This document shows, in pieces, positions 15,538 through 22,588 of a DNA stretch of 34,260 nucleotides (its first letter is position 1; every line of letters starts with the position of its first letter). The translations under genes were made by a program, and so were the position numbers. Source of the stretch: an uncultured Eubacteriales bacterium (lineage in GTDB: Bacteria > Acidobacteriota > Aminicenantia > Aminicenantales > Saccharicenantaceae). The stretch is taken from positions 1 through 34,260 of the forward strand of contig CAZSMW010000058.1 of the NCBI GenBank assembly GCA_964607985.1, given 5' to 3'. A model generated the notes under the pieces. The model worked only from the letters and a program-made list of their open reading frames with translations. It did no database searches and was not told where the DNA came from.

Positions 15538-16863
15538 TTATTCAATAACATACCGGATTATAAACAATACCGAAAACACATATATCAGCCAGTGGACCTG
15601 CTTCCCCTTGCCCGTGACCAGCTTGAGGAGCGAATAGGAGATGAACCCGAAGGAAATGCCCTCTGTGATGCTCACGGTCAGGGGCATGATGGCGATGCTC
15701 AGGAAGGCCGGGACGGCTTCGGTCAGGTCCTCCCAATCGATCCGGGTCACGCATTTCATCATCATATACCCGACGATGATGAGCGGTGGAGCGATGACCG
15801 GATGGAGCGTCATGCCCTTGAAGCGGAATTCGCCGCTGATCATTTCGGCCAGAGGGCTGAAGAAGAGGGCGACCAGGAAGAGGAATGAGGTCATGACGTT
15901 GGCCAGGCCGGTCCTGGCGCCCTGGGTGATACCGGTGACGCTCTCGATGTAGCTCGAGACCGTGGACGTTCCCAAAACAACACCGCCGACCGTGCCCACC
16001 GCGTCGGCCAACATGGCCTGGTTGGTCCGCGGCAGTTTCCCGTCCTTGAGGAACCCTCCCGAACTGCCGACCCCGATGAGGGTGCCGACCGCGTCAAAGA
16101 CGTCCAGGAAGAAGAAGATAAAGACCACAGACAACCATCCCGACCGGAAGGCGCCCGCGATGTCAAGCTTGAGGAACGTGGGCGCGAGGCTCGGAACGGG
16201 CGCCAGGAGCCCATGGAACTTGACGATACCCATAGGGACGCCCGCGACGGCTGTGGCCAGGATGCCGATGAGGATGGCCCCGGGGATCTTGCGGGCCATC
16301 AGGACGGCCGTCAGGGCTAAGCCTAAAAGAGCAAGGACGACGGGCTTGCTCGTTAGATCGCCGATCCCGACCATGACTCCCGGCGTGTCCACGACGATCC
16401 CACCATATTGTAGGCCGATGAGGGCGATGAGGAGTCCGATGCCGACGGCGATCCCGAACTTGAGACACATGGGCACAGCCTCAACCACGGTCCCCCACAC
16501 GCCGATGACGGCTAAAACGATGAAGATGCAGCCGGATATGAAATTCGCGCCCAGGGCGACTTGCCAGGAATAGCCCAGGGTCCCGCAGACGATGACCGCG
16601 AAGAAGATATTATGACCCATGGCCGGGGCCTGGGCGATGGGATACTTGGCCAGGAGACCCGTGAGGAGGGTCGCCAGGGCGCTGGAAAGGCACGTCGCGA
16701 CCATGACCGCGCCTTTGTCCATCCCGGTCTGGGACAGGATGGCCGGCTGGACGAAGATGATGTAGGACATGGTCATGAAGGTGGTGGCCCCGCCGAGGAG
16801 TTCGTTCCTGACCGTCGTCCCGTTCTCACGGAGCTTGAAATAGCGTTCGAGCCAGGCTTTCAT
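15538..16863 (-). CDS. NCS2-family purine (adenine/guanine/hypoxanthine) permease, AzgA-type
   Basis: N-terminus FKLRENGTTVRNELLGGATTFMTMSYIIFVQP is typical of AzgA/PbuG-type permeases. 441 aa polytopic protein. Confidence 0.9.
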   Translation of the reverse strand: MKAWLERYFKLRENGTTVRNELLGGATTFMTMSYIIFVQPAILSQTGMDKGAVMVATCLSSALATLLTGLLAKYPIAQAPAMGHNIFFAVIVCGTLGYSWQVALGANFISGCIFIVLAVIGVWGTVVEAVPMCLKFGIAVGIGLLIALIGLQYGGIVVDTPGVMVGIGDLTSKPVVLALLGLALTAVLMARKIPGAILIGILATAVAGVPMGIVKFHGLLAPVPSLAPTFLKLDIAGAFRSGWLSVVFIFFFLDVFDAVGTLIGVGSSGGFLKDGKLPRTNQAMLADAVGTVGGVVLGTSTVSSYIESVTGITQGARTGLANVMTSFLFLVALFFSPLAEMISGEFRFKGMTLHPVIAPPLIIVGYMMMKCVTRIDWEDLTEAVPAFLSIAIMPLTVSITEGISFGFISYSLLKLVTGKGKQVHWLIYVFSVLFIIRYVIE

Positions 16864-16869
16864 GTGAGG

Positions 16870-17400
16870 CTAGAACGTCACAAGGCTCAGAACATCAACC
16901 TCGGGGTGGGCTTTCTTGATGTTCTCGACGCCTTTGAGGAACGAGAGATCGACGACGGCGGCGAACCCGACGACCTTTCCCTCGAGTTTCCCGACGAGGT
17001 TGATGGAACTGATGGATGACGAGCCGGTGGCAATGAGATCGTCCACGATGAGGACCCTCTGCCCCGGGGCGACGGCATCGGCATGCATCTCGAAGTGCTC
17101 GACGGCGTACTCGTTCGGGGCGAGGACGCAGACGGTCTTTCGGGGCAGCTTGCCCTTCTTCCGGATAACGGTCAGGCCGAGGCGCAATTCGCGGGCGACG
17201 CCGGCAGCGAACAAGAAGCCCCGGGCCTCGATTCCGACGATGATGTCGGGCCCTTTTGTCCGGGCCCAGGCGGCCATCCGATCGATCGCTTCGTTGTAGG
17301 CGGCGGCATCATGGATGAGCGGCGTGAGGTCCTTGAAGACGATGCCCGGTTTGGGAAAATCCGGCACGTCACATATTTTTGATCTCAGGTCGATGGTCAT
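16870..17400 (-). CDS. apt: adenine phosphoribosyltransferase
   Basis: PDFPKPGIVFKDLTPL and PRPP-binding motif VLIVDDLIATGSS. ATG at 17398-17400 with an AAGGA Shine-Dalgarno. The stop lies 6 nt before the permease start. Confidence 0.9.
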   Translation of the reverse strand: MTIDLRSKICDVPDFPKPGIVFKDLTPLIHDAAAYNEAIDRMAAWARTKGPDIIVGIEARGFLFAAGVARELRLGLTVIRKKGKLPRKTVCVLAPNEYAVEHFEMHADAVAPGQRVLIVDDLIATGSSSISSINLVGKLEGKVVGFAAVVDLSFLKGVENIKKAHPEVDVLSLVTF

Positions 17401-17431
17401 GTTTTCGTCCTTTCCCCGGGGATTCGCTCTC

Positions 17432-17460
17432 ATTAAAAAATAAACGGGCGCCAAAGTCAA
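17432..17460 (-). promoter_or_regulatory. candidate sigma-70 promoter of the apt-permease operon
   Basis: On the minus strand: TTGACT (17455-17460), 17-nt spacer, TTTAAT (17432-17437). Confidence 0.3.
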
Positions 17461-17502
17461 TCAAGAAGCCGGCAGAATTCACGGCCGTATGGAAAAACAC
17501 GG

Positions 17503-17531
17503 TTCACATCGGGTGACAATGCCGCTATAAT
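17503..17531 (+). promoter_or_regulatory. candidate sigma-70 promoter of thiE (start codon 7 nt after the -10)
   Basis: TTCACA (17503-17508), 17-nt spacer, perfect TATAAT (17526-17531). ATG at 17539 with no clear Shine-Dalgarno. Confidence 0.4.
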
Positions 17532-17538
17532 CAGAAAG

Positions 17539-18180
17539 ATGAGCCCGTTGAAGAAGATCGACTGGTCGCTATATCTTGTCGCGGACACGGAATTCGCGGC
17601 CGGGCGGGACCTCGTCCGCCTCGTCCGGGAGGCCGTCCGGGGCGGGGTAACCGCCGTTCAGCTCAGGGCGAAGGACCTCGGAACGCGGGATTTCCTCGAG
17701 CTCGCCTCAAGGATTAGCGAACAGCTCGGAAAACTTGGTGTTCCTTTCCTCATCAACGACCGCGTGGACATCTCCCTTGCCTGCGGGACCGCGGGCGTGC
17801 ATCTGGGCCAGGACGACATGCCCCTCGCCGACGCTCGAAGACTCCTCGGCCCGGACAAGACGATCGGCATCTCCGTCAACACCCTCGAAGAGGCGGTTGA
17901 GGCCCAAACGCTGGGGGCAGATTACGTCGGCCTCGGGCCCATTTACGCGACGACCACTAAGGATACTGACCTTCCGATTGTCGGCGCCGAGGGCATCCGG
18001 AGGATGCATAAGCTGATCGACATCCCTATCATCGCCATCGGCGGGATCAATGCGGGCAACGTTGCGGACGTCCTGAGGGCCGGCGCAGCCGGAGTCGCCG
18101 TCGTTTCGGCCATCCTGGGCGCCGCCGACGCCCGCAAGGCCGCTGCGGAACTGAAGAAAAAAGATATCAGCCTTGGATAA
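17539..18180 (+). CDS. thiE: thiamine-phosphate synthase
   Basis: LYLVADTE, VTAVQLRAKD, LINDRVDI, GVHLGQDDMP and ADYVGLGPIYATTTK blocks. Confidence 0.9.
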   Translation: MSPLKKIDWSLYLVADTEFAAGRDLVRLVREAVRGGVTAVQLRAKDLGTRDFLELASRISEQLGKLGVPFLINDRVDISLACGTAGVHLGQDDMPLADARRLLGPDKTIGISVNTLEEAVEAQTLGADYVGLGPIYATTTKDTDLPIVGAEGIRRMHKLIDIPIIAIGGINAGNVADVLRAGAAGVAVVSAILGAADARKAAAELKKKDISLG

Positions 18181-18199
18181 CGCCCTCAAGAGAAGTTCG

Positions 18200-18742
18200 T
18201 TAGAATCTTTTCTTGCGTTTCAGTCGCATTCGAAAGGCATCGAATTTATCCGTCATGTTTTCTTTGGCGGACCAGCGCCGGATCTCCTCGAGATCGAAGG
18301 GCTTCGCCCGACAGACGAGCAATGCCTGCTCCAGGGATTGCCGATCGTTCCAGTGATAATAGGCCGCGAGCCTGTCCTTGATGCAATCGGTCGGAGACAG
18401 GAGTTTCAAGTCCAGTCCCTTCTTGCTGAGGATCGATATATCTTTCACGGGCTCGTCCCCTATCGAAGGGGGCGGAGGGAGGAATTCAACGAAAAAATGG
18501 GTGTCTTCGTGCTTGAAATGGCCGCTTTCCAAGTAAAAGCCGGCGGCTCGCATGATCGCGCGCAGCCTGTTTCTTTTTTCAAATGAAATCAGCACGAAAT
18601 CCAGGTCGGGGGAGACATATTTATTGTCGGAGTAAATGGATACGCAAGCCCCGCCCGTCAAGACCGCATCGATCCCGTTCCTGGTCAGGTGGTCCGATAT
18701 GAAGATGGCCAGGTCCTTCAGCGATATGCCCTTGAGGTTCAT
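18200..18742 (-). CDS. minimal nucleotidyltransferase-fold protein, AbiEii/DUF6036-like (putative toxin)
   Basis: MNLKGISLKDL... is 180 aa. NTase signature LTGGACVSIY-x8-SPDLDFVL (hGG...DxD) is followed by THFFVEFL. The start lies 5 nt after the wHTH gene stop. The N-terminal 149 aa of the 329-aa ORF overlap the wHTH gene in another frame and are discarded. Confidence 0.6.
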   Translation of the reverse strand: MNLKGISLKDLAIFISDHLTRNGIDAVLTGGACVSIYSDNKYVSPDLDFVLISFEKRNRLRAIMRAAGFYLESGHFKHEDTHFFVEFLPPPPSIGDEPVKDISILSKKGLDLKLLSPTDCIKDRLAAYYHWNDRQSLEQALLVCRAKPFDLEEIRRWSAKENMTDKFDAFRMRLKRKKRF

Positions 18743-18747
18743 GTTCG

Positions 18748-19077
18748 TCAAAGAGGCTTGTTGGTCCGCCTGGGCCGGAGGCGGACGGCGAATATTTTGG
18801 ATCGCTCGTTTTCGGACATGAAGAACAGGACCTTTTCGAGAAGCGCTTCGAGCTCTTTCTTGAATGGATACCTCGGATTCAGTCCAAAGAGCCGGACCTT
18901 CCCCTTGAGCTTGCTGTAGAGGACGGAGCCTTTTTCCAAGTTGAGCATTTGGTTCTGAACGGAATTGATGTTGAATTGGAGCGCTTTCGCGATCTCGCGG
19001 GGATAGGATTCGCTGTTGGCATAGAGATAGAGCAGAATCTTTTCTTTGATCTCGGATTCCAATAACGGTTCCAGCAT
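18748..19077 (-). CDS. small winged-helix DNA-binding protein (putative antitoxin/repressor)
   Basis: MLEPLLESEIKEKILLYLYANSESYPREIAKALQFNINSVQNQMLNLEKGSVLYS is wHTH-like. 109 aa. AGGAGG Shine-Dalgarno upstream of the ATG at 19075-19077. Confidence 0.6.
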   Translation of the reverse strand: MLEPLLESEIKEKILLYLYANSESYPREIAKALQFNINSVQNQMLNLEKGSVLYSKLKGKVRLFGLNPRYPFKKELEALLEKVLFFMSENERSKIFAVRLRPRRTNKPL

Positions 19078-19090
19078 GGGACCTCCTTGC

Positions 19091-19128
19091 TGACCAATTC
19101 CATTGGTCATATGACCAACGCCATTGGT
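19091..19128. promoter_or_regulatory. operator-like array of four alternating TGACCAA(T) half-sites
   Basis: TGACCAAT-tcc-ATTGGTCA (19091-19109), perfect 16-bp palindrome TTGGTCATATGACCAA (19103-19118), and ACCAA-cgcca-TTGGT (19114-19128). Half-site centres are about 10-11 bp apart. The array lies between the -10 and the SD of the wHTH gene. Confidence 0.5.
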
Positions 19129-19155
19129 TATAGCACCCTGGCGAAAAATAATCAA
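19127..19155 (-). promoter_or_regulatory. candidate sigma-70 promoter of the wHTH-NTase pair
   Basis: On the minus strand: TTGATT (19150-19155), 17-nt spacer, TATAAC (19127-19132). Confidence 0.4.
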
Positions 19156-19171
19156 CAATTGTTGAAAAGTG

Positions 19172-19223
19172 GGGGTCAGGTCTCAACATTTGACAAAAAA
19201 GTCAAATGTTGAGACCTGACCCC
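19172..19223 (-). terminator. perfect 23-bp stem / A6 loop hairpin at the 3' end of tsaE
   Basis: GGGGTCAGGTCTCAACATTTGAC (19172-19194), AAAAAA, GTCAAATGTTGAGACCTGACCCC (19201-19223). The right arm encodes the last 7 codons plus stop of tsaE. On the minus strand CACUUUUC follows the stem. Confidence 0.6.
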
Positions 19224-19681
19224 TCCTCTTCGACGATGGTGATCGTCCGCTCGTCATCGTTTCCCTGTTCGATGGTGACCCGGATGCCGTCGGGCGGGAA
19301 CGCGAGCTTCTCGGCCCATTCGATGACGACGACACCTTCGCCGAGGAAGTCCTCCCATCCGAGGTCTTGGATCTCCGAATCGTTGTGGAGCCGGTAGAGA
19401 TCAATGTGGAAGATCGGGAATCTTCCCTCATAAATATTGACCAGCGTATAGGAAGGGCTGCAGACGCGGCTCGTATCCTTCACTCCGAGACCGGCGGCCA
19501 GTCCTTTAGCGAAGACGGTCTTGCCCGCGCCCAGCCCTCCCAAGAGGAGCACGACTTCCCCGCCCTGGAAGGCCGCGGCCATCTCCTCAGCCAGCCGGAA
19601 CGTTTCCTCGGCCGAACGCGTGACCCGGACGACAGCCTGACTCTTTTCCGCGGACTTCTTATAGAGCGCGGACCCGCTCAC
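19202..19681 (-). CDS. tsaE: tRNA t6A37 biosynthesis ATPase TsaE
   Basis: P-loop GGLGAGKT, then SPSYTLVNIYEG and FHIDLYRL. The GTG start overlaps the nnr stop (GTGA). Confidence 0.9.
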   Translation of the reverse strand: MSGSALYKKSAEKSQAVVRVTRSAEETFRLAEEMAAAFQGGEVVLLLGGLGAGKTVFAKGLAAGLGVKDTSRVCSPSYTLVNIYEGRFPIFHIDLYRLHNDSEIQDLGWEDFLGEGVVVIEWAEKLAFPPDGIRVTIEQGNDDERTITIVEEEGSGLNI

Positions 19682-21228
19682 GTTTCCATCGCTTTCAAGG
19701 CCGGGGGGAGAAACCGGATGATATCACCGGCGGTCAGCGCCCGTTCCCCGAGCTCGTCCGCCCCCAGGTCGCCGCTCAGCCCGTGGACATAGATGGCTGA
19801 AACCACAGCGCCGCGGATATCCTTTTCTTGGGCGATCTGGGAAGCGATCATCCCGCCGAGCACATCGCCGGACCCGCCCGTGGCCATCCCCGGGTTACCG
19901 GTCGGGTTGATGAAGACGCGGCCGTCCGGACAAGCGGTCAGGGTCCGGTGGCCTTTGAGGACGACAAAAACCCGGTACCTGCGGGCGAAGGCAAGCGCCG
20001 GCTCGATCCGATTGGCCAGAACTTCGCGGTTCGTCAGTCCGAGGAGCCGGGCGAACTCGCCCGGGTGGGGAGTCAACACGGCGGGCGCCTGGAGCGAGCC
20101 CAGGACCCTGGGGTCCGCGGCGATGATATTCAAAGCGTCGGCGTCGAGGACCATGGGGATCTTGACTCGAGGCAGGAGGGCCATGACGAATTCAGAGGTC
20201 GAGGGGTTCGTGGATATGCCCGGCCCCAGCAGCAGGGCGTCCTTCCCCTTGAGAAGATCCAGGACGCGGGGCAGTGCCTCCGCGGCAATGGTCTTCTCCG
20301 GCGTCTCAGCCAGGGGCTCGGTCATCAGCTCCGGCATGGAGCGCGCCACCATGGGAAGACAACTCGCCGGGGTCGCCACGGTGACCAGCCCGGCGCCCAT
20401 CTTCAGCGCAGCCCGGCCCGCCAAGGCTGCCGCGCCCGTCTTGCCGAGCGAACCTGAAACGATGAGGACATGTCCGAATGTCCCCTTGTGCGTGTCTTTT
20501 TTTCGTTTTTTTAAGAACGGATCGATGTCTTGCCGTTCGACCATCTCAAGCTTCAGGCCGGGATCATCGAGAAGGGAGGGCGGGATGCCGATCGGCGCAA
20601 CAACCAGCTCGCCGATATATTCTTCCGCAGGCGGAAGGACGTGGGCGATCTTGGGCGCCGCCAGCGTCACCGTCAGGTCCGCCTTGACGCAAGGCCCGAT
20701 GATCAAGGAGGAATCCGAGGAAAGACCGGATGGTATATCGACGGCGATCTTGAAAGCCTTCGAGGCGTTGATATCCCTGACGACCCTAGCGTAGAGCCCG
20801 GCGAGGGGTTTAACGAGACCCGTCCCGAACATGGCGTCGACGATCACCGTGGCCTCGGAAACCGCCTTTTTGTGACGGCCCCACTCCCCCGGAGACGTGA
20901 TCTCGGTGACGGGGATGTCCATGTTCAGGGCCGCATTCAGATTGACGGCTGCGTCCCCCCGGACATCGCCCTTCGAAGCCAGAAGCAGGACGACGAGCCG
21001 GGCGCCCTGATTCCAAAGGTGACGGGCGACGACCAGGCCGTCGCCGCCGTTGTTCCCCTTCCCGGCGACGATGACGACATGCTCGGCGCGGGGCGCCGGG
21101 AACCTGCGTTTCAGGGCTTCGACGATCCGGATCCCGGCGTTTTCCATAAGAGCGATCCCGGGAATGCCGATCTCCAAGATCGTCTTTCGATCGATTTCTT
21201 TCATTTGCCTCGAGGTCAGGACTTTCAT
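19678..21228 (-). CDS. nnr: bifunctional NAD(P)H-hydrate repair enzyme (epimerase + ADP-dependent dehydratase)
   Basis: YjeF_N block GKGNNGGDG and C-terminal kinase-fold block TGGSGDVLGG. 516 aa. Confidence 0.9.
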   Translation of the reverse strand: MKVLTSRQMKEIDRKTILEIGIPGIALMENAGIRIVEALKRRFPAPRAEHVVIVAGKGNNGGDGLVVARHLWNQGARLVVLLLASKGDVRGDAAVNLNAALNMDIPVTEITSPGEWGRHKKAVSEATVIVDAMFGTGLVKPLAGLYARVVRDINASKAFKIAVDIPSGLSSDSSLIIGPCVKADLTVTLAAPKIAHVLPPAEEYIGELVVAPIGIPPSLLDDPGLKLEMVERQDIDPFLKKRKKDTHKGTFGHVLIVSGSLGKTGAAALAGRAALKMGAGLVTVATPASCLPMVARSMPELMTEPLAETPEKTIAAEALPRVLDLLKGKDALLLGPGISTNPSTSEFVMALLPRVKIPMVLDADALNIIAADPRVLGSLQAPAVLTPHPGEFARLLGLTNREVLANRIEPALAFARRYRVFVVLKGHRTLTACPDGRVFINPTGNPGMATGGSGDVLGGMIASQIAQEKDIRGAVVSAIYVHGLSGDLGADELGERALTAGDIIRFLPPALKAMET

Positions 21229-21236
21229 GCTGTCCT

Positions 21237-21245
21237 ATTTTATCA
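21237..21245 (-). promoter_or_regulatory. extended -10 element (TGaTAAAAT) 8 nt upstream of the nnr start codon
   Basis: The minus strand reads TGATAAAAT-aggacagc-ATG. Confidence 0.3.
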
Positions 21246-21280
21246 CAGATCACCGATTTCCGTATCCAACCCGACAGGGA

Positions 21281-21358
21281 CCCAAAATTGCCGATAGGAC
21301 CTGAGCCGGAAGTCGACGTTATCTCTTGAGAAGAAAGAATCCTATCGGCAATTTTGGG
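21281..21358. repeat. hairpin repeat family 2, copy 1 (MITE-like)
   Basis: Perfect 19-bp inverted repeat CCCAAAATTGCCGATAGGA (21281-21299) / TCCTATCGGCAATTTTGGG (21340-21358) with a 40-nt loop. Flanked by direct repeats CAGGGA (21275-21280 and 21359-21364). Confidence 0.7.
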
Positions 21359-21373
21359 CAGGGAGATCGCGGG

Positions 21374-21485
21374 CAGCATTTCTTTTCGTGCGATAAGGGA
21401 AACGGCGCAGGGATGATGCCCGGAGGAGGTCGACGGCGGGCGAGCCCCGAGGCTGAAATTCCTGCCCGCATGAAAAGAAATGCCG
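21374..21485 (+). repeat. 19-nt long-range inverted repeat enclosing 74 nt, upstream of gap
   Basis: CAGCATTTCTTTTCGTGCG (21374-21392) pairs with CGCATGAAAAGAAATGCCG (21467-21485): 17 Watson-Crick pairs, 1 G-U (plus strand) and 1 mismatch. A competing 8-bp pairing is GCGGGCAG (21369-21376) / CTGCCCGC (21462-21469). Confidence 0.5.
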
Positions 21486-21503
21486 AAAACGCCGGCCGGG
21501 CGA

Positions 21504-21532
21504 TTGCAAAAGCGGGGTTTTTATGATAATTA
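21504..21532 (+). promoter_or_regulatory. candidate promoter of the gap operon
   Basis: TTGCAA (21504-21509), 17-nt spacer ending in TGa, then TAATTA (21527-21532). Confidence 0.3.
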
Positions 21533-21579
21533 TAGATGAAATTCCTTGATCCATCTGAAAATAATGAGGAGGTTTTCTG

Positions 21580-22581
21580 ATGAGCATTCGCGTCGGCATA
21601 AACGGATTCGGACGTATCGGCCGGAACTTTCTCAGGGCCTCAGCGAACGATCCCGCAATCGAGATCATAGCCGTCAATGACATCACGGACGCCAAGACCC
21701 TGGCCCATCTGCTGAAATACGACACCGTCCTCGGCCATTTCAAGGGCACGGTCTCGGTTGACGGCGACTCCATCGTCGTCAATGACCGGAAGATCAAGGT
21801 CCTGGCCGAGAAGGAAGTCGGCAATCTCCCATGGAAAGACCTTGGCGTCGAAATCGTTATTGAGTCCACGGGCAGATACACCAAGCGGCCGGATGTCATC
21901 CAGCACATCGAGAAGGGCGGGGCCAGGAAGGTCATCGTTTCCGCCCCAGCCGCCGACCCGGACGCCACCTTGGTCATGGGCGTCAACGAGAAGACCTATG
22001 ACCCGGCCAAGCACTACGTTATCTCCAACGCCTCCTGCACGACCAACTGCCTGGCCCCGGTGGCCAAGGTCCTCCACGAGGGTTGGGGAATCGAGAAGGC
22101 CTTCATGACCACGATCCACTCCTACACCAACGACCAGAAGATCCTGGACGCCCCCCACAAGGACCTCCGCCGGGCCCGGGCCGCCGCAGTTGCCCAGATC
22201 CCGACGACGACGGGCGCCGCCAAGGCCGTCGGACTCGTCCTGCCCGAGCTCAAGGGCAAGATTGACGGCATCGCCATCCGCGTCCCGACGCCCAACGTCT
22301 CCATCGTTGACCTCGTCGCGGTCCTCAAGAACAAGGCGACGGCCGAAGAGATCAACGCAGCCTTCGTCAAGGCCTCCCAGGGCGCCCTGAAGGGCATCCT
22401 CGCCTATACCGACGAACCCCTCGTTTCCGTGGATTTCATGTCCAACCCTAATTCGGCCATCGTAGACGGCCTCTCCACAAAGGTCATCGGCGACGACCTG
22501 ATCAAGGTCCTAGCTTGGTACGACAACGAGTGGGGTTATTCCTGCAGGCTGGTCGACCTCGTCAAATACATTTCTAAGTGA
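21580..22581 (+). CDS. gap: glyceraldehyde-3-phosphate dehydrogenase
   Basis: INGFGRIGR and active-site SNASCTTNCLAP. GAGGAGG Shine-Dalgarno. Confidence 0.95.
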   Translation: MSIRVGINGFGRIGRNFLRASANDPAIEIIAVNDITDAKTLAHLLKYDTVLGHFKGTVSVDGDSIVVNDRKIKVLAEKEVGNLPWKDLGVEIVIESTGRYTKRPDVIQHIEKGGARKVIVSAPAADPDATLVMGVNEKTYDPAKHYVISNASCTTNCLAPVAKVLHEGWGIEKAFMTTIHSYTNDQKILDAPHKDLRRARAAAVAQIPTTTGAAKAVGLVLPELKGKIDGIAIRVPTPNVSIVDLVAVLKNKATAEEINAAFVKASQGALKGILAYTDEPLVSVDFMSNPNSAIVDGLSTKVIGDDLIKVLAWYDNEWGYSCRLVDLVKYISK

Positions 22582-22588
22582 CCCGGTC

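Noticed and set aside
15352-15888. 178-aa plus-strand ORF across the intergenic hairpins and the permease 3' end
   Set aside because: It runs antisense to the clearly recognisable NCS2 permease. It has no SD or motifs and is rich in Gly/Arg/Glu/Asp, as expected for a shadow frame.
17401-17538. TPP riboswitch before thiE or purine riboswitch before apt
   Set aside because: The spacer is only 138 bp and is filled by two promoter-like elements. I could not find the conserved TPP (CUGAGA ... pyrimidine-sensor helix) or purine three-way-junction sequences on either strand.
18200-19189. Single 329-aa ORF spanning the whole islet
   Set aside because: Its first 149 aa are low-complexity (Arg/Ser/Gln-rich). 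They overlap, in another frame, the well-formed wHTH ORF, which has a strong AGGAGG Shine-Dalgarno. The recognisable NTase domain starts at the internal ATG 18740-18742, 5 nt after the wHTH stop.
19793-20794. Long ORFs antisense or out of frame to recognised genes. Examples: 19793..20794, 26180..27292, 27305..28369, 32898..33986, 23514..24401, 7584..8324, 10180..10941, 11005..11796, 3940..4830 and 14502..15320.
   Set aside because: They are typical stop-codon-poor shadow frames of GC-rich DNA. The translations are Arg/Gly/Pro/Asp-rich with no motifs. Each is fully covered by a gene with clear family signatures on the other strand or frame.
21326-21986. ORFs 21326..21526 (+) and 21342..21986 (-) in the nnr-gap spacer and the gap 5' region
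   Set aside because: Non-ATG starts, no SD, and Arg/Gly-rich or Ser/Thr-rich products. They overlap repeat elements and the well-supported gap gene.
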